Virus record (IMG/VR): IMGVR_UViG_3300028601_000023
Span: 77,175 to 141,174 of that record
DNA from: a virus
Taxonomy: Duplodnaviria > Caudoviricetes
DNA length: 64,000 nucleotides
Direction: 5' to 3' (one strand)
This document shows, in pieces, positions 53,493-63,922 of the stretch. Position 1 is the first letter of the stretch; each line of letters opens with the position of its first letter. The notes beneath the pieces are model-generated. The model did not search any database. It saw only the letters and a program-made list of their open reading frames with translations, and had not been told where the DNA came from. Position numbers and translations under genes: made by a program.

Positions 53493-56400
53493 ATGACTAA
53501 TCCATATAAGCATGTAGGGAGTGAATCTCCCTACTACGATGATTTTGATGTTTCTAAAAATTATGTGAGAATTATGTACAACCCTTCTAAGGGTGTGCAG
53601 GCTCGTGAACTTACTCAATCTCAGACTTTACTACAGAATCAGCTTGCATCTTTGGGTGGGTATGTATTTAAAGATGGATCTGTAGTTAAAGGAGCTCGGA
53701 TTTCTACATCTTATAATCAGCCAGCTCTACAGATTAAACTGATTAATGCTGATGGGGCTACTATTACGCCAGCTAATCTTGTTGGTAAAGTATATATTGG
53801 CTCTACATCAAATCAGCCTATTATTGTTACTGGACTTTCCAACGAATCTCGGTATATTCTGTTTTCATATATGGGATCAGAAATTACAGACGGCGAAACC
53901 TTTGTAGACCAAGCAGATCCTTCTATGAATTTTATCATGGAATCTGGTACATTGTCCAATGCGTTTGTTGCTGCGTCTGGTGAAGGAATTCTTTTCATCG
54001 ATGGATATTTTTGTTTTGTTGAACCACAAAATATCTCTATTGGTGTAAATGTACTCGATACTGATACATATCATATCGGCTATATGATCGAACGTAAATA
54101 TGTAACATCTGAAACCGATTCATCTCTAAATGACCCTGCTGCTGGATCTTATAACTATAATGCTCCAGGTGCAGACAGATATCAGATAAACGTAGAATTG
54201 TTTGGATATAAGGATGGTGATGCTGAGATCACCCCTGAGATGCTTAGTAATTATTTGCCGCAAATTATTATTACCGGTGACAAACTGTCCCTAGAACAAA
54301 CATCTGATCCCAATTCTGATCTAATGGACACACTTGCTCAGAGAACATTTGAAGAATCTGGCTCATATGCTGTTAATCCTTGGAAGATCTATCTTCGTGA
54401 ACATGATTCTGATCTGTCTAAGTTTGTAGCAGAAATTCAGCCGGGGCTTGGTTATATTCAAGGGTACAGAGTTAACAATATTGCGTCTAAAGAAATTGAG
54501 ATCAACAAGCCTCGGACCTTTTTGAATAAAGCTCATATCTCTTCTTATATTCCAGATGCTGCATATACTCTAGCACTGATTGATGATGTCACTGGTGGAA
54601 TATCTGGTAAAGGAATACCAGACTATCAGAAGCAGGAAATAGTAGAAGTCATGACCGGTGTTGATGGAACCGGCTCTGTTCTTGGTGAATGCCGAATCAT
54701 TAATATCTATAAATCTGGCAATAGTGTATTCGTATATCTACGAAATACATCTGCTATTCAGAATGCATTTTCTGGTGCTAAATCCATCAGATCTAAAGCA
54801 AATCCCGGCCTACTGTATATTAATCTATTCCTAGGAACTGTTGGATCTGCTACGTTCGTTGCTGGATCTTCTGTTCCGATTATCAACTCAACATATTCTA
54901 AAGTCAAAGAAATTGTTTCTGGTGAAATTGAATATGAATCTACTCGTTCTTATGTAGCTACTTCAGAGGTTTCTGGTAATACTATCAATTTGACTGAGTC
55001 TGATACTACTATTGATTTTCCAACATTTGTAGGATTGGTTTCTGTTTACAATACTTCTACTGGTGTTCATCTGAATATTAATAATCTGTCTTTGACTCCG
55101 AACAACTCTGGATCGGTTTCAGTTGCAACTATTGCGGGCGCATCTATTGAAAATGCTACTTCTTATACAGTAGTTCTTCGAATTCAGAGAGATCTGATGG
55201 GTATTCGTACAAAGGTTGCTGCTAATGGTACTACATCTGCTACAATCGGGAGTACTGATGATTTTATTACATTGAATCAAGAAGATATTATTGATATCAT
55301 TTCAGTAGTTCAGACATCTAATACTACCGTAAATACTCCAGCCGATCTCAAAGATGAGCTCGTTTTCTTTAATGGGCAGTCTGATTTTACTTATGGAGCG
55401 GGTGTTGTTTCTGGCTTTAGTGCACTCCCAAGCACATACAAAAATACTCCTCTTGGAAATACTGCTTATACTATCACCTTTAGATATTATAACCACGTCG
55501 GCCAAGGACCATTTGTTGCTAATTCATATGTGACTGTCGGCAATGCTACGTTCTTATCAGATATTCCTGATATCTATTCTATTATTCCAATCTATAAGTC
55601 TGCATCTGGATTGTCATATGTGCTGCGGGATTGTCTTGACTTCAGAGTAAAAAGTACAACCTTGAATTCGACTGGGATGCTATATCCTGCTCATAGAACA
55701 GAACTTGAATTCACTGCAAACATTTATCTTCCTCGTACTGACTATATTTGGGTTGATAAAAACGGTGTGTTTGGTGTATCTCCTGGGATTCCATCTGAGA
55801 ATCCACAATTACCAAACATTCCATCCAATGCTCTTTCTATCGGAATGATCGCATCTAAAGCATATGTGAACTCTCTCAAAGATGAATCTATAGTGACTCT
55901 TATTGAGAATCCTCGATATACTATGTCTGATATCGATAGAATCAATACACGTCTTAAGAACGTTGAAGAAGTTGTTTCATTGAACCTCTTAGAACAATCA
56001 GCTGTTAACATGATGATTCTTGATGAAAATGGAATGAACAGATATAAGTCCGGGATCTTCACAGATAATTTTGAGACTTTTGATAATTCAGATTTTACTA
56101 ATGATGAGTATGACTGTACTATCGATTCTGCGGAACAGTCTATTAGGTGCCAGTTTGATGCTGAAAATTATGATTTGCTATATAATGAATCCTCAAGTTT
56201 AAACACAAAGAAGAATGATATTACTATTACTCTTCCATATACAACTATAGCTTTTGCAGAAAACAAATACGCATCAGAGTATATGAATATTCAGAAGCTA
56301 TTGTTCTATACATGGAAGGGATCTTTAAAGCTTTCTCCGTCTATTGATACTTGGGTAAACAACCTTGGAAATATTATAGTAAAACAGACATTTGTTGAAG

Positions 56401-58535
56401 TACCAAAACCACCTACACAATTTAGATCATGGTCAACAAGCTATACTGTAACTAATCACCAGCGTGGTGTAAACTGGGGATTTGGGGATCGTATTGGAAA
56501 AAGAGTTGTTACAACTAATACTATAACAACCTCTTTTACCGACGCAGGATTCGCACTATCTGGTTCTTCATCTGTAGCAAAAGAATCTGTTGATGAGTAC
56601 ATGAGATCTAGAACTGTAAATTATACAGCAACAGGACTTCGTCCCGGCGTTGCATTAAAAGCTACTCTTGATGGCAAACCATTGGTATTGTCAAACGCGA
56701 CTCCAGCCTCTGATGGCACCTTATCTGGGACATTTGTAATTCCAGCTGGTGTTCCTGTTGGCACCAAGCTTGTTTTGCTTGAAGATACAAGCAAAACATC
56801 TGTTGGATCTGCTTATTACACCGCTAGAGGCAAAACTATTTGGAATGAAGTTTCTCAAACTTATATTAGGCAGTGGAAAGCTTCAACCGCCACTTCTTCT
56901 GTTGTTGCAGAATATGCATGGGATCCTCTTGCGCAATCGTTTTTTGTTGAAGAAGAAAACGGGGTGTATCTTGATTCTATTGATATATTCTTTCAGAGTA
57001 AAGATGATAATATTCCAGTAGATATTTTTGTTGTTGAGTGTGTAAATGGATATCCTTCTGACAATATGTTGGAATTTTCTCAAGTACAGAAACAGTCTTC
57101 TGAAGTTAATATTGGAGCAAACGTACCAACCAACTTTAAATTCAGTGAACCGCTGTTTCTTGAAGGAAATAAAGAATATGCGTTTGTTGTAATTACACCT
57201 TCATATAAGTATAACATTTATACTTCTACACTCGGAAAAACTGATCTTATTACTGGAATTGGTATTGCTGAACAACCTGTTCTCGGTTCGTTGTTTTCTT
57301 CACAGAATGCAAGAACGTGGACCGCAGAACAACTATCAGACATCAAATTCAAAATTAATAAATGTGTATTTTCTACATCTGTTAGTTCTGAAACTGTTTT
57401 TGATCTACCTTTGCAGGCCGAAGAATATGAAGTTGCCATGCAAACTCTTGTAGCAAATATCTTCACTCCAACAAAAACTTCAGCAAAGTTTTATTACAAA
57501 TGGAGCTCTGACGCCACCTGGACAGAGTATGACAACAGATCTGATATTTTCAATACAACATTGAAAACTATCTTTGCTGCTGGATCTGGTAATCCTGTTC
57601 CGTTCTCTATTAAAATTGTAATGTCAACTGAAGACATCAATGTATCTCCTCAGATTGATACTGAACAGGTATATGGGATCTTTGTAAAGAATCTTGTAAA
57701 GGACTCTTCTGATCCAGTTTATATCTATAACGCTGGAACATATGTATCTAATAATCTTGTGCTAGCAAATCCTGCTAATGATATCAGAGTAATTCTTGAT
57801 ATGGTTGCTCCCGGATTCTCTGATGCTGATATCTTCTTTAGAACCACAGACTATCAGCCGATCTATGTTACTCATGCTACTGTTGGTCTTGGTATAGATA
57901 TCTCGGCCGGTCCAAAGCTTGATGGACAAACTTGTCAAGTATTTTACTACAACAATGTATCTAAGAATCTTGAACCAAAGTCTCAGGTAATTGTAACAGG
58001 GTATGACGCAGATACAAGAAAGATCTTTTTGAGATCTGTTGGAAATCCAGATGAATTTGCCATGATTCAAAATGGTGATCTCACTCAGACACTGTATGAT
58101 GGCATATCCACTGATTATACTGCGATTCTAATTCTTCCGATAAGTTCAAGTGTGAATATCAATTGCCCTGCTTGGACCGCAACAAACTATGCATCTGGGG
58201 CATATGTTACATATCTTGGATACATTTGGAGAGCAAGAACTGCTGCTATATCTTTGAATACTCCGTCTGACTTGTCTATTGTATGGGAAAAAATTCATTC
58301 ATTGAAAACTGTTTCTTCTCTTCTATTGGACGATACTGTTATTTGGCGAAAGATGAAACGTAATAGTATAAATAACAATATTGATACTCAGAATTCATTT
58401 GTTGAATATTCATACTATCCTGAGATTGATGTTGATACAGAATTCAAGTCTTTCGCAATAAAAATTGATTTGAAATCTCGGAACAAAGTAGACGTTCCAA
58501 GAGTAAAGAATCTTAGAGCAATTGCTACAGTTTAA
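53493..58535 (+). CDS. large virion structural protein (DUF4815/VrlC-like)
   Basis: SPYYDDFD, VQARELTQSQ, APGADR, RTFEESG.Y, DPLAQSF, FAIKIDL..PRVKNLRAIA. Confidence 0.85.
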   Translation: MTNPYKHVGSESPYYDDFDVSKNYVRIMYNPSKGVQARELTQSQTLLQNQLASLGGYVFKDGSVVKGARISTSYNQPALQIKLINADGATITPANLVGKVYIGSTSNQPIIVTGLSNESRYILFSYMGSEITDGETFVDQADPSMNFIMESGTLSNAFVAASGEGILFIDGYFCFVEPQNISIGVNVLDTDTYHIGYMIERKYVTSETDSSLNDPAAGSYNYNAPGADRYQINVELFGYKDGDAEITPEMLSNYLPQIIITGDKLSLEQTSDPNSDLMDTLAQRTFEESGSYAVNPWKIYLREHDSDLSKFVAEIQPGLGYIQGYRVNNIASKEIEINKPRTFLNKAHISSYIPDAAYTLALIDDVTGGISGKGIPDYQKQEIVEVMTGVDGTGSVLGECRIINIYKSGNSVFVYLRNTSAIQNAFSGAKSIRSKANPGLLYINLFLGTVGSATFVAGSSVPIINSTYSKVKEIVSGEIEYESTRSYVATSEVSGNTINLTESDTTIDFPTFVGLVSVYNTSTGVHLNINNLSLTPNNSGSVSVATIAGASIENATSYTVVLRIQRDLMGIRTKVAANGTTSATIGSTDDFITLNQEDIIDIISVVQTSNTTVNTPADLKDELVFFNGQSDFTYGAGVVSGFSALPSTYKNTPLGNTAYTITFRYYNHVGQGPFVANSYVTVGNATFLSDIPDIYSIIPIYKSASGLSYVLRDCLDFRVKSTTLNSTGMLYPAHRTELEFTANIYLPRTDYIWVDKNGVFGVSPGIPSENPQLPNIPSNALSIGMIASKAYVNSLKDESIVTLIENPRYTMSDIDRINTRLKNVEEVVSLNLLEQSAVNMMILDENGMNRYKSGIFTDNFETFDNSDFTNDEYDCTIDSAEQSIRCQFDAENYDLLYNESSSLNTKKNDITITLPYTTIAFAENKYASEYMNIQKLLFYTWKGSLKLSPSIDTWVNNLGNIIVKQTFVEVPKPPTQFRSWSTSYTVTNHQRGVNWGFGDRIGKRVVTTNTITTSFTDAGFALSGSSSVAKESVDEYMRSRTVNYTATGLRPGVALKATLDGKPLVLSNATPASDGTLSGTFVIPAGVPVGTKLVLLEDTSKTSVGSAYYTARGKTIWNEVSQTYIRQWKASTATSSVVAEYAWDPLAQSFFVEEENGVYLDSIDIFFQSKDDNIPVDIFVVECVNGYPSDNMLEFSQVQKQSSEVNIGANVPTNFKFSEPLFLEGNKEYAFVVITPSYKYNIYTSTLGKTDLITGIGIAEQPVLGSLFSSQNARTWTAEQLSDIKFKINKCVFSTSVSSETVFDLPLQAEEYEVAMQTLVANIFTPTKTSAKFYYKWSSDATWTEYDNRSDIFNTTLKTIFAAGSGNPVPFSIKIVMSTEDINVSPQIDTEQVYGIFVKNLVKDSSDPVYIYNAGTYVSNNLVLANPANDIRVILDMVAPGFSDADIFFRTTDYQPIYVTHATVGLGIDISAGPKLDGQTCQVFYYNNVSKNLEPKSQVIVTGYDADTRKIFLRSVGNPDEFAMIQNGDLTQTLYDGISTDYTAILILPISSSVNINCPAWTATNYASGAYVTYLGYIWRARTAAISLNTPSDLSIVWEKIHSLKTVSSLLLDDTVIWRKMKRNSINNNIDTQNSFVEYSYYPEIDVDTEFKSFAIKIDLKSRNKVDVPRVKNLRAIATV

Positions 58536-58536
58536 T

Positions 58537-58558
58537 TGGAGGGTCTTAAGACCCTCCA
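58537..58558. other. perfect 22-bp palindrome (intercistronic hairpin)
   Basis: TGGAGGGTCTTAAGACCCTCCA; no T-run. Confidence 0.7.
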
Positions 58559-58570
58559 CAAGGATATAAG

Positions 58571-58792
58571 ATGAAGATAGAAAGATCTGGTCCAGGCATT
58601 ATAAATACTGATAATGCTGCATATGAAGAAGCAAAAGCCCGTCTTGCAGCATTATTGAAAACAAAAGAAGAAAGAAGTAAATTCGAATCATTAATTCAGA
58701 GGGTGTGTGCATTAGAACATAATGTAAACCTTCAACAAAAAGAAATAGAGGAGTTGAAGAATGCCTTCGAATCCAACAGTCGCTCTAGGTGA
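58571..58792 (+). CDS. small coiled-coil virion-associated protein
   Basis: GIINTD..AY then coiled coil, following the DUF4815-like gene. Confidence 0.7.
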   Translation: MKIERSGPGIINTDNAAYEEAKARLAALLKTKEERSKFESLIQRVCALEHNVNLQQKEIEELKNAFESNSRSR

Positions 58793-59414
58793 TACCCTAG
58801 GTCTTTGGCGCGATAAAATAAATTTAACTATAGCAGAAGTCAACTCCCATATTGGATCTTCTGGTGGTGCTCATGCTGATGTAACTACTACTGTTGCTGG
58901 CTTTATGAGTGCAGCTGATAAAACAAAATTAAACGGCGTTGCTAATAACGCCAACAACTATACACACCCTGCCACACACCCTGCTTCTATCATTGTAGAA
59001 TCTACTACTAAGAGATTTGTCACTGACGCAGAAAAAGGAGTCTGGAACCGAGCTGTTCTAAAAGATTCTGAAACGGGTGCGGCTCTTTTACCAGTAGGAA
59101 CAGAAGCACAGCGTCCTGGCTCGCCATCTAATGGTCTTATTCGATATAATACCGAGCTGAATTCGTTTGAAGGATATTCAAATGGGGTCTGGGGAGCAAT
59201 CGGTGGTGGAGGTGGAGCAATCGGTGGTGGAGGTGGAGCAACTGGCGGTGGTGTAGAACCCAATAAAGACGATATTTTCTATGAGAATTCATCTATTGTA
59301 AATAACAACTATACTATTACAGCCGGAAAAAATGCAATGACCACAGGACCAGTTTTAATTGATGATGGTGTAAATGTAGCTATTCCTGATGGTTCACGTT
59401 GGGTTATTCTATAA
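58761..59414 (+). CDS. tail fibre/appendage structural protein
   Basis: DT...WRDKIN, GFMSAADKTKL, LPVGTEAQRP, IRYNT, FYEN..NYTIT. Confidence 0.75.
   Translation: MPSNPTVALGDTLGLWRDKINLTIAEVNSHIGSSGGAHADVTTTVAGFMSAADKTKLNGVANNANNYTHPATHPASIIVESTTKRFVTDAEKGVWNRAVLKDSETGAALLPVGTEAQRPGSPSNGLIRYNTELNSFEGYSNGVWGAIGGGGGAIGGGGGATGGGVEPNKDDIFYENSSIVNNNYTITAGKNAMTTGPVLIDDGVNVAIPDGSRWVIL
59193..59241 (+). repeat. 21-bp in-frame tandem duplication (GAIGGGG x2)
   Basis: GGAGCAATCGGTGGTGGAGGT twice, then GGAGCAA. Confidence 0.85.
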
Positions 59415-59433
59415 AATTTTAGGAGATAATTAA

Positions 59434-60606
59434 ATGCCTATTGTATTAAATGGTAGTACAGGAATAACTACTGAAGGGATAAATGTAGATACTATAGTAG
59501 ATTCTATTGGTACTGGATCACCTTCTGTTCCTAATGGATTTGAGCAGATGTTTGTTCTACCAGTAGGAACGTTGATGTGGTTTACTGGTAATATTGCTCC
59601 CGCAGGATATCTTGTTGCAGATGGTACATTACATAGTAGAGCCGCTTATCCAGATTTATGGAGTTGGATTGTTACGAGTGGTAATCTTGCAGTAAATGAT
59701 TCTGTATGGGATGAAGGGCAATATAGTCCCGGTGATGGTGCTACTACCTTCCGTGTTCCTAAAGTAGACGATAGGTTCATTCGTGGTAAGTCTGGTACAA
59801 GGGCTGTTGGTTTGGTGGAAGAGGATGCGTTTCAGGGACACGCAATTGGCAATCCAGCTAATGCCACCAAACCCCTAAGACAGCAAATAAATGATTTCTA
59901 CGCGAACCCAACAACAAGCCAACCTAACGCTGCGGCCTTTTTGGGGTCGAGCAACACCGCACTTCCCTTGGCCGTCCCTATCTCTGACGGCATCAACGGC
60001 ACTCCCCGCACAGCCGACGAAACCCGCCCCAAAGCACTCACAATGCTCCCATGTATTAAAGCGTTTGATTCTGTTGTAGAACCATCTGTTTTAAATGCTG
60101 CTGAAATGGTTAGTACTATTAACGGCAAATTAGATAAGGATCAAAATATTGTTTTGGGAACTTCTGTTCCTGCCTCTGGTACTGCTGTGGACTTCGTTGG
60201 GATACCTGAAGGAGTCAAGCGAATTACAGTGATGTTTGATGGGTTTAGTACTAATGGAATTAGCCTCCCACTACTTCGGATTGGTAGTGGGGAAGTAGAC
60301 ACCTCTGGATACGTCAGTAACGCAAACTATTCATCGTTCATTGCCTCCTCAACGGTTGGCTTTTTGTTCATGCAAGGTTGGTCAGCCCCAGTTTCGCTAT
60401 CAGGGGCACTGGTATTAAATTTACTGGAAGGTAATATGTGGCTTTACAATGGACTCACAACAGATATTCCACCGGTTGGAAACCGTGTTGATACTTCATG
60501 CGGGAGAAAGCTCCTTTCAGGCGTAATAGACCGCATCCGCATCACCACAGTAAACGGAACAGACCAATTCGACGCTGGCACAATCAACATTAGTTGGGAA
60601 TTCTAA
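59434..60606 (+). CDS. tail fibre protein with collar domain
   Basis: PVGTLMWF..APAGYLVADG..YPDLW..TFRVP..FIRG; ETRPK; C-terminal SWEF module. Confidence 0.85.
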   Translation: MPIVLNGSTGITTEGINVDTIVDSIGTGSPSVPNGFEQMFVLPVGTLMWFTGNIAPAGYLVADGTLHSRAAYPDLWSWIVTSGNLAVNDSVWDEGQYSPGDGATTFRVPKVDDRFIRGKSGTRAVGLVEEDAFQGHAIGNPANATKPLRQQINDFYANPTTSQPNAAAFLGSSNTALPLAVPISDGINGTPRTADETRPKALTMLPCIKAFDSVVEPSVLNAAEMVSTINGKLDKDQNIVLGTSVPASGTAVDFVGIPEGVKRITVMFDGFSTNGISLPLLRIGSGEVDTSGYVSNANYSSFIASSTVGFLFMQGWSAPVSLSGALVLNLLEGNMWLYNGLTTDIPPVGNRVDTSCGRKLLSGVIDRIRITTVNGTDQFDAGTINISWEF

Positions 60607-60625
60607 TTTCTATAAGGAGAAATAT

Positions 60626-60988
60626 ATGCATATTACACAAGTAGATATCAAAACAGGTAAAGTTATTCAAAGAGAACTTACAGAACAAGAACAAGCAGCT
60701 CTTCCTAAAATTACACAAGAAGATATTGACAAGCAAGCAAGAGAAGCTTTTAAAGCCAATCGTGAGGAAGCAGTAAAAAACATTAAAGTAGAAGTAGATG
60801 GTATGATTTTTGACGGTGATGAAACCTCTCAAACTCGCATGTCGAGAGCCATTCAATTAATGAATGATACAGAAACTACTCTTTGGGTTCTTGCTAATAA
60901 TGAACCAATTCAAGTAACCAAAGCCCAATTATCAGAAGCATTAAGACTTTCTGCTGAAGAGCAAACAAGACTTTGGGATATGGAGTAA
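60626..60988 (+). CDS. tail fibre assembly protein (DUF4376-like)
   Basis: IKVEVDGMIFDGDETSQTRM..WVLANN..QL.EAL. Confidence 0.78.
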   Translation: MHITQVDIKTGKVIQRELTEQEQAALPKITQEDIDKQAREAFKANREEAVKNIKVEVDGMIFDGDETSQTRMSRAIQLMNDTETTLWVLANNEPIQVTKAQLSEALRLSAEEQTRLWDME

Positions 60989-60991
60989 GTA

Positions 60992-62146
60992 ATGGCTAAA
61001 TTAGCATTACAGGGAAATGATGCAGGGACTGGAACATTTACGTTACAGGCTCCCGCAACTAACCTAAATAGAAATTTGGTGTTACCTGACGTAGACGGCA
61101 CATTAAGTACTATGGAGCAAGTTAAATTACCTATTGGTTCTTTTATGTGGTTTACTGGTACTGTTGCTCCAGAAGCTTTTGTTGTTGCAGATGGACAATT
61201 GAGAAGTAGAGCAGCCTTCCCTGACTTGTGGGCATTTGCACAGGCCAGTGGGAACATCTCTGCTGATGATGCAAGTTGGGATGAAGGTAAGTACTCTCCA
61301 GGTGATGGAAGCACTACCTTTAGAGTACCTAAAGTAGACGATAGGTTCATCCGTGGTAAGTCTGCTACGAGGGCTGTTGGTTTGGTGGAAGAGGATGCGT
61401 TTCAAGGTCACAATCACGCGCTGTATGGTCAAGCAGATGCGCTCACTGGACCCGGTGGCCCACCAAGAAGTGATCTTGGTGGGGCTTTATTGGCAAATAA
61501 TCAAGTAAGAGAGGCCACCAGTGACGGGACTAACGGCACTCCCCGCACAGCCGACGAAACCCGTCCCAAAGCACTCACAATGCTCCCCTGCATCAAGGCT
61601 TATGATGTCATTAGTGATCCTAATGTGTTGAATGCTGTTGCAGTGGTGAATGAGATTAGTAGGCTTGAGAGTGAGAAGCTGCGTAAAGATGAGAACATCA
61701 ACCTTGGTGTAAGTGTCGCTGCCTCTGGCACTGCTGTTGATTTCGTTGGGATTCCAGAAGGTGTCAAGCGCATTACAGTGATGTTTGATGGGGTTAGTAC
61801 GAATGGTGCTAGCAATCTTCAAATGCAAATTGGGTCTGATACCTTTGAGACTTCTGGGTATTCTTCGATTGTGCAATTCTCAGGTACACCAACAGCGTTT
61901 GGGGGTGGTTTCGGGGTTGCTAGTTCTGTTGCTGCTACATCGTCCATGCACGGAATTGCTTCGATATTATATATATCCAACAATAAATACGCCGAGACCT
62001 CCAACATTAGTTCTGTTAATGGTGTGGTATTTGTAAGTGCTGGATCAAAAACACTCTCAGGACCGCTCACAAAACTCCGAATCACCACAGTAAACGGCAC
62101 AGACACATTTGACGCTGGTACCATCAACATCTCATGGGAGTTCTAA
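60992..62146 (+). CDS. tail fibre protein with collar domain (paralogue of 59434)
   Basis: Same collar and SWEF modules. Confidence 0.85.
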   Translation: MAKLALQGNDAGTGTFTLQAPATNLNRNLVLPDVDGTLSTMEQVKLPIGSFMWFTGTVAPEAFVVADGQLRSRAAFPDLWAFAQASGNISADDASWDEGKYSPGDGSTTFRVPKVDDRFIRGKSATRAVGLVEEDAFQGHNHALYGQADALTGPGGPPRSDLGGALLANNQVREATSDGTNGTPRTADETRPKALTMLPCIKAYDVISDPNVLNAVAVVNEISRLESEKLRKDENINLGVSVAASGTAVDFVGIPEGVKRITVMFDGVSTNGASNLQMQIGSDTFETSGYSSIVQFSGTPTAFGGGFGVASSVAATSSMHGIASILYISNNKYAETSNISSVNGVVFVSAGSKTLSGPLTKLRITTVNGTDTFDAGTINISWEF

Positions 62147-62198
62147 TTATATGATTACAACTATTGACATAAAGACTCTCGTTAAAGGAGAAATATAA

Positions 62199-62420
62199 AT
62201 GGCTGGTATATTAAACGTAGACGAAATTGCAGATAGCACAGGAACACGCCCCGTTCTGTTTGCAAGAGGTGTTCAAAGTTCATTTTACGAAACTAAAGCA
62301 GTTATCGATTATAGTCATGCAATTACTGCTGGTCATAATGCAATGACTGTTGGACCAATTACTGTTGCTGATGGAATCACTATAGATATCCCAGATGGTA
62401 GTACTTGGACGGTGATATAA
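62199..62420 (+). CDS. small tail-fibre-associated protein
   Basis: C-terminus paralogous to ORF 58761 (ITAG.NAMT.GP...IPDGS.W). Confidence 0.7.
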   Translation: MAGILNVDEIADSTGTRPVLFARGVQSSFYETKAVIDYSHAITAGHNAMTVGPITVADGITIDIPDGSTWTVI

Positions 62421-62452
62421 TGGCTACACAAGTTACACAAGGAGAAATATAA

Positions 62453-63034
62453 ATGCCTACTAAAATACAAGGTGGACTTGGAATAGATAAAGTACAAGAT
62501 GGTACTGTTGGTCTGTCTGATGTTGATACAGAATTATATGGAAAAATTACTGCTTTGACTACTATTAATTTAGGTGAAGCAAAGACTGCAAGTGGAACGG
62601 TGGTTGATTTCGTTGGGATTCCTGAAGGGGTCAAGCGGATTACTGCGATGTTTGATGGTGTTAGTACGAACGGGGCTAGTCTTCCTGTTGTAAGACTAGG
62701 GGCAGGGACAGTGGATGCGTCAGGGTACAATTCTAGTGTCTTCGGTCAAATTTCTGGAGCATCAGGGGCGGCTGCTATTTCTACTGGATTTGGGGTGCAC
62801 TCGGGGGTGGCCGCACCAGCAGTGACAAGAAACGGGGCGCTGATACTTACTAAAACTCAGGGGGATACGTGGTACGCCACTGGCACTTTTTCTGACACAG
62901 GGGCCACACATAGCGCCGGGTTTAGTAGTGGTACTAAGACCCTCTCAGGCCCCCTAGACCGCCTCAGAATTACCACAGTAAACGGCACAGACACATTTGA
63001 CGCAGGGACAATCAATATTAGCTGGGAGTTTTAA
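62453..63034 (+). CDS. tail fibre tip-module protein
   Basis: Third copy of DFVGIPEGVKRIT...FDAGTINISWEF. Confidence 0.8.
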   Translation: MPTKIQGGLGIDKVQDGTVGLSDVDTELYGKITALTTINLGEAKTASGTVVDFVGIPEGVKRITAMFDGVSTNGASLPVVRLGAGTVDASGYNSSVFGQISGASGAAAISTGFGVHSGVAAPAVTRNGALILTKTQGDTWYATGTFSDTGATHSAGFSSGTKTLSGPLDRLRITTVNGTDTFDAGTINISWEF

Positions 63035-63039
63035 TTATC

Positions 63040-63492
63040 ATGGCAAGTATTATAAAGGTAGATAGAATCTTAGATTCTACTGAATTAGGTAAAGTTGATA
63101 TTCCTGGTGGGGTCGAAACCACAGAATTGATTGCAGATACATGGAAAAATATTGATGGAACAGAAAATTATAAATGCAAGTGTTGGGTAAATTTTGATGG
63201 AACTACTACGCCACCAACTGTTAGAGCTTCTGGGAATGTAAGTAGTGTTGCTAGGAATGCTACTGGAGATTACACAGTCAATTTCATAATACCCATGGAA
63301 GATGCTAACTATATCGTAACAATGACAGCTGGTCCTGCTAGTGACACTGCAAATACTACGGGAGGATCTGGTAAAATATACAATACATCTTCTATGGTAG
63401 CTGGTTCTGTTCGAGTACAATTTATATTTACTACAGATACAACTTCTGGACTATTTACCCCTAAAAGTGCATGTCTGTGTATACATAGATAA
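63040..63492 (+). CDS. tail fibre-like protein
   Basis: CWVNFDG...RASGNVSSV....GDYTVNF..PM.DANY. Confidence 0.75.
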   Translation: MASIIKVDRILDSTELGKVDIPGGVETTELIADTWKNIDGTENYKCKCWVNFDGTTTPPTVRASGNVSSVARNATGDYTVNFIIPMEDANYIVTMTAGPASDTANTTGGSGKIYNTSSMVAGSVRVQFIFTTDTTSGLFTPKSACLCIHR

Positions 63493-63507
63493 AAGGAACC
63501 AAAAAAT

Positions 63508-63705
63508 ATGAAAGTAATTATATATCCAATAGACAATTCAATAGCGGTAATGGCTCCTTCTGGTGTTCTTTCTGTAGAAGAAACAGCACTAAAAGATGTT
63601 CCCACAGGTGTTCCATTTTTTATAGTAGAACACACAGAACTTCCCACAGAACCACAAGAAACATGGGAAGTGGACTTTAGTAATCCAGATGGGTATGGAG
63701 CTTAA
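63508..63705 (+). CDS. tail fibre assembly-like small protein
   Basis: ALKDVPTGVPF.IV...LP....W..D...PDGYG. Confidence 0.7.
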   Translation: MKVIIYPIDNSIAVMAPSGVLSVEETALKDVPTGVPFFIVEHTELPTEPQETWEVDFSNPDGYGA

Positions 63706-63708
63706 CAA

Positions 63709-63921
63709 ATGAAAATTACAATTAACAAAGAAAAGCTAAACGAAATAAAAAGACAAGAAGTTCTTTCAAATCGTTCTCAAGCATATATTAAAGAATCTGA
63801 TCCATTGAAAGTAGAAGCAGAATATGATGCTATGAAAAATGGAACAGATCCAGACTATACTAAATGGATGGAGAAGGTTGCTGAAATAAAAGCAAGATAT
63901 CCATTCCCAGAGGTGGTATAA
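63709..63921 (+). CDS. tail fibre assembly-like small protein
   Basis: R..AY..ESDPL...W..KVAEIKARYP. Confidence 0.72.
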   Translation: MKITINKEKLNEIKRQEVLSNRSQAYIKESDPLKVEAEYDAMKNGTDPDYTKWMEKVAEIKARYPFPEVV

Positions 63922-63922
63922 A

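Noticed and set aside
1-58000. Apparent over-abundance of GATC/AGATCT/TCTAGA words
   Set aside because: Visual impression only; it needs a k-mer observed/expected calculation that was not possible here.
59434-63034. Diversity-generating retroelement or invertase shufflon
   Set aside because: No reverse transcriptase or recombinase in the window, all copies are in direct orientation, and the differences are not adenine-specific.
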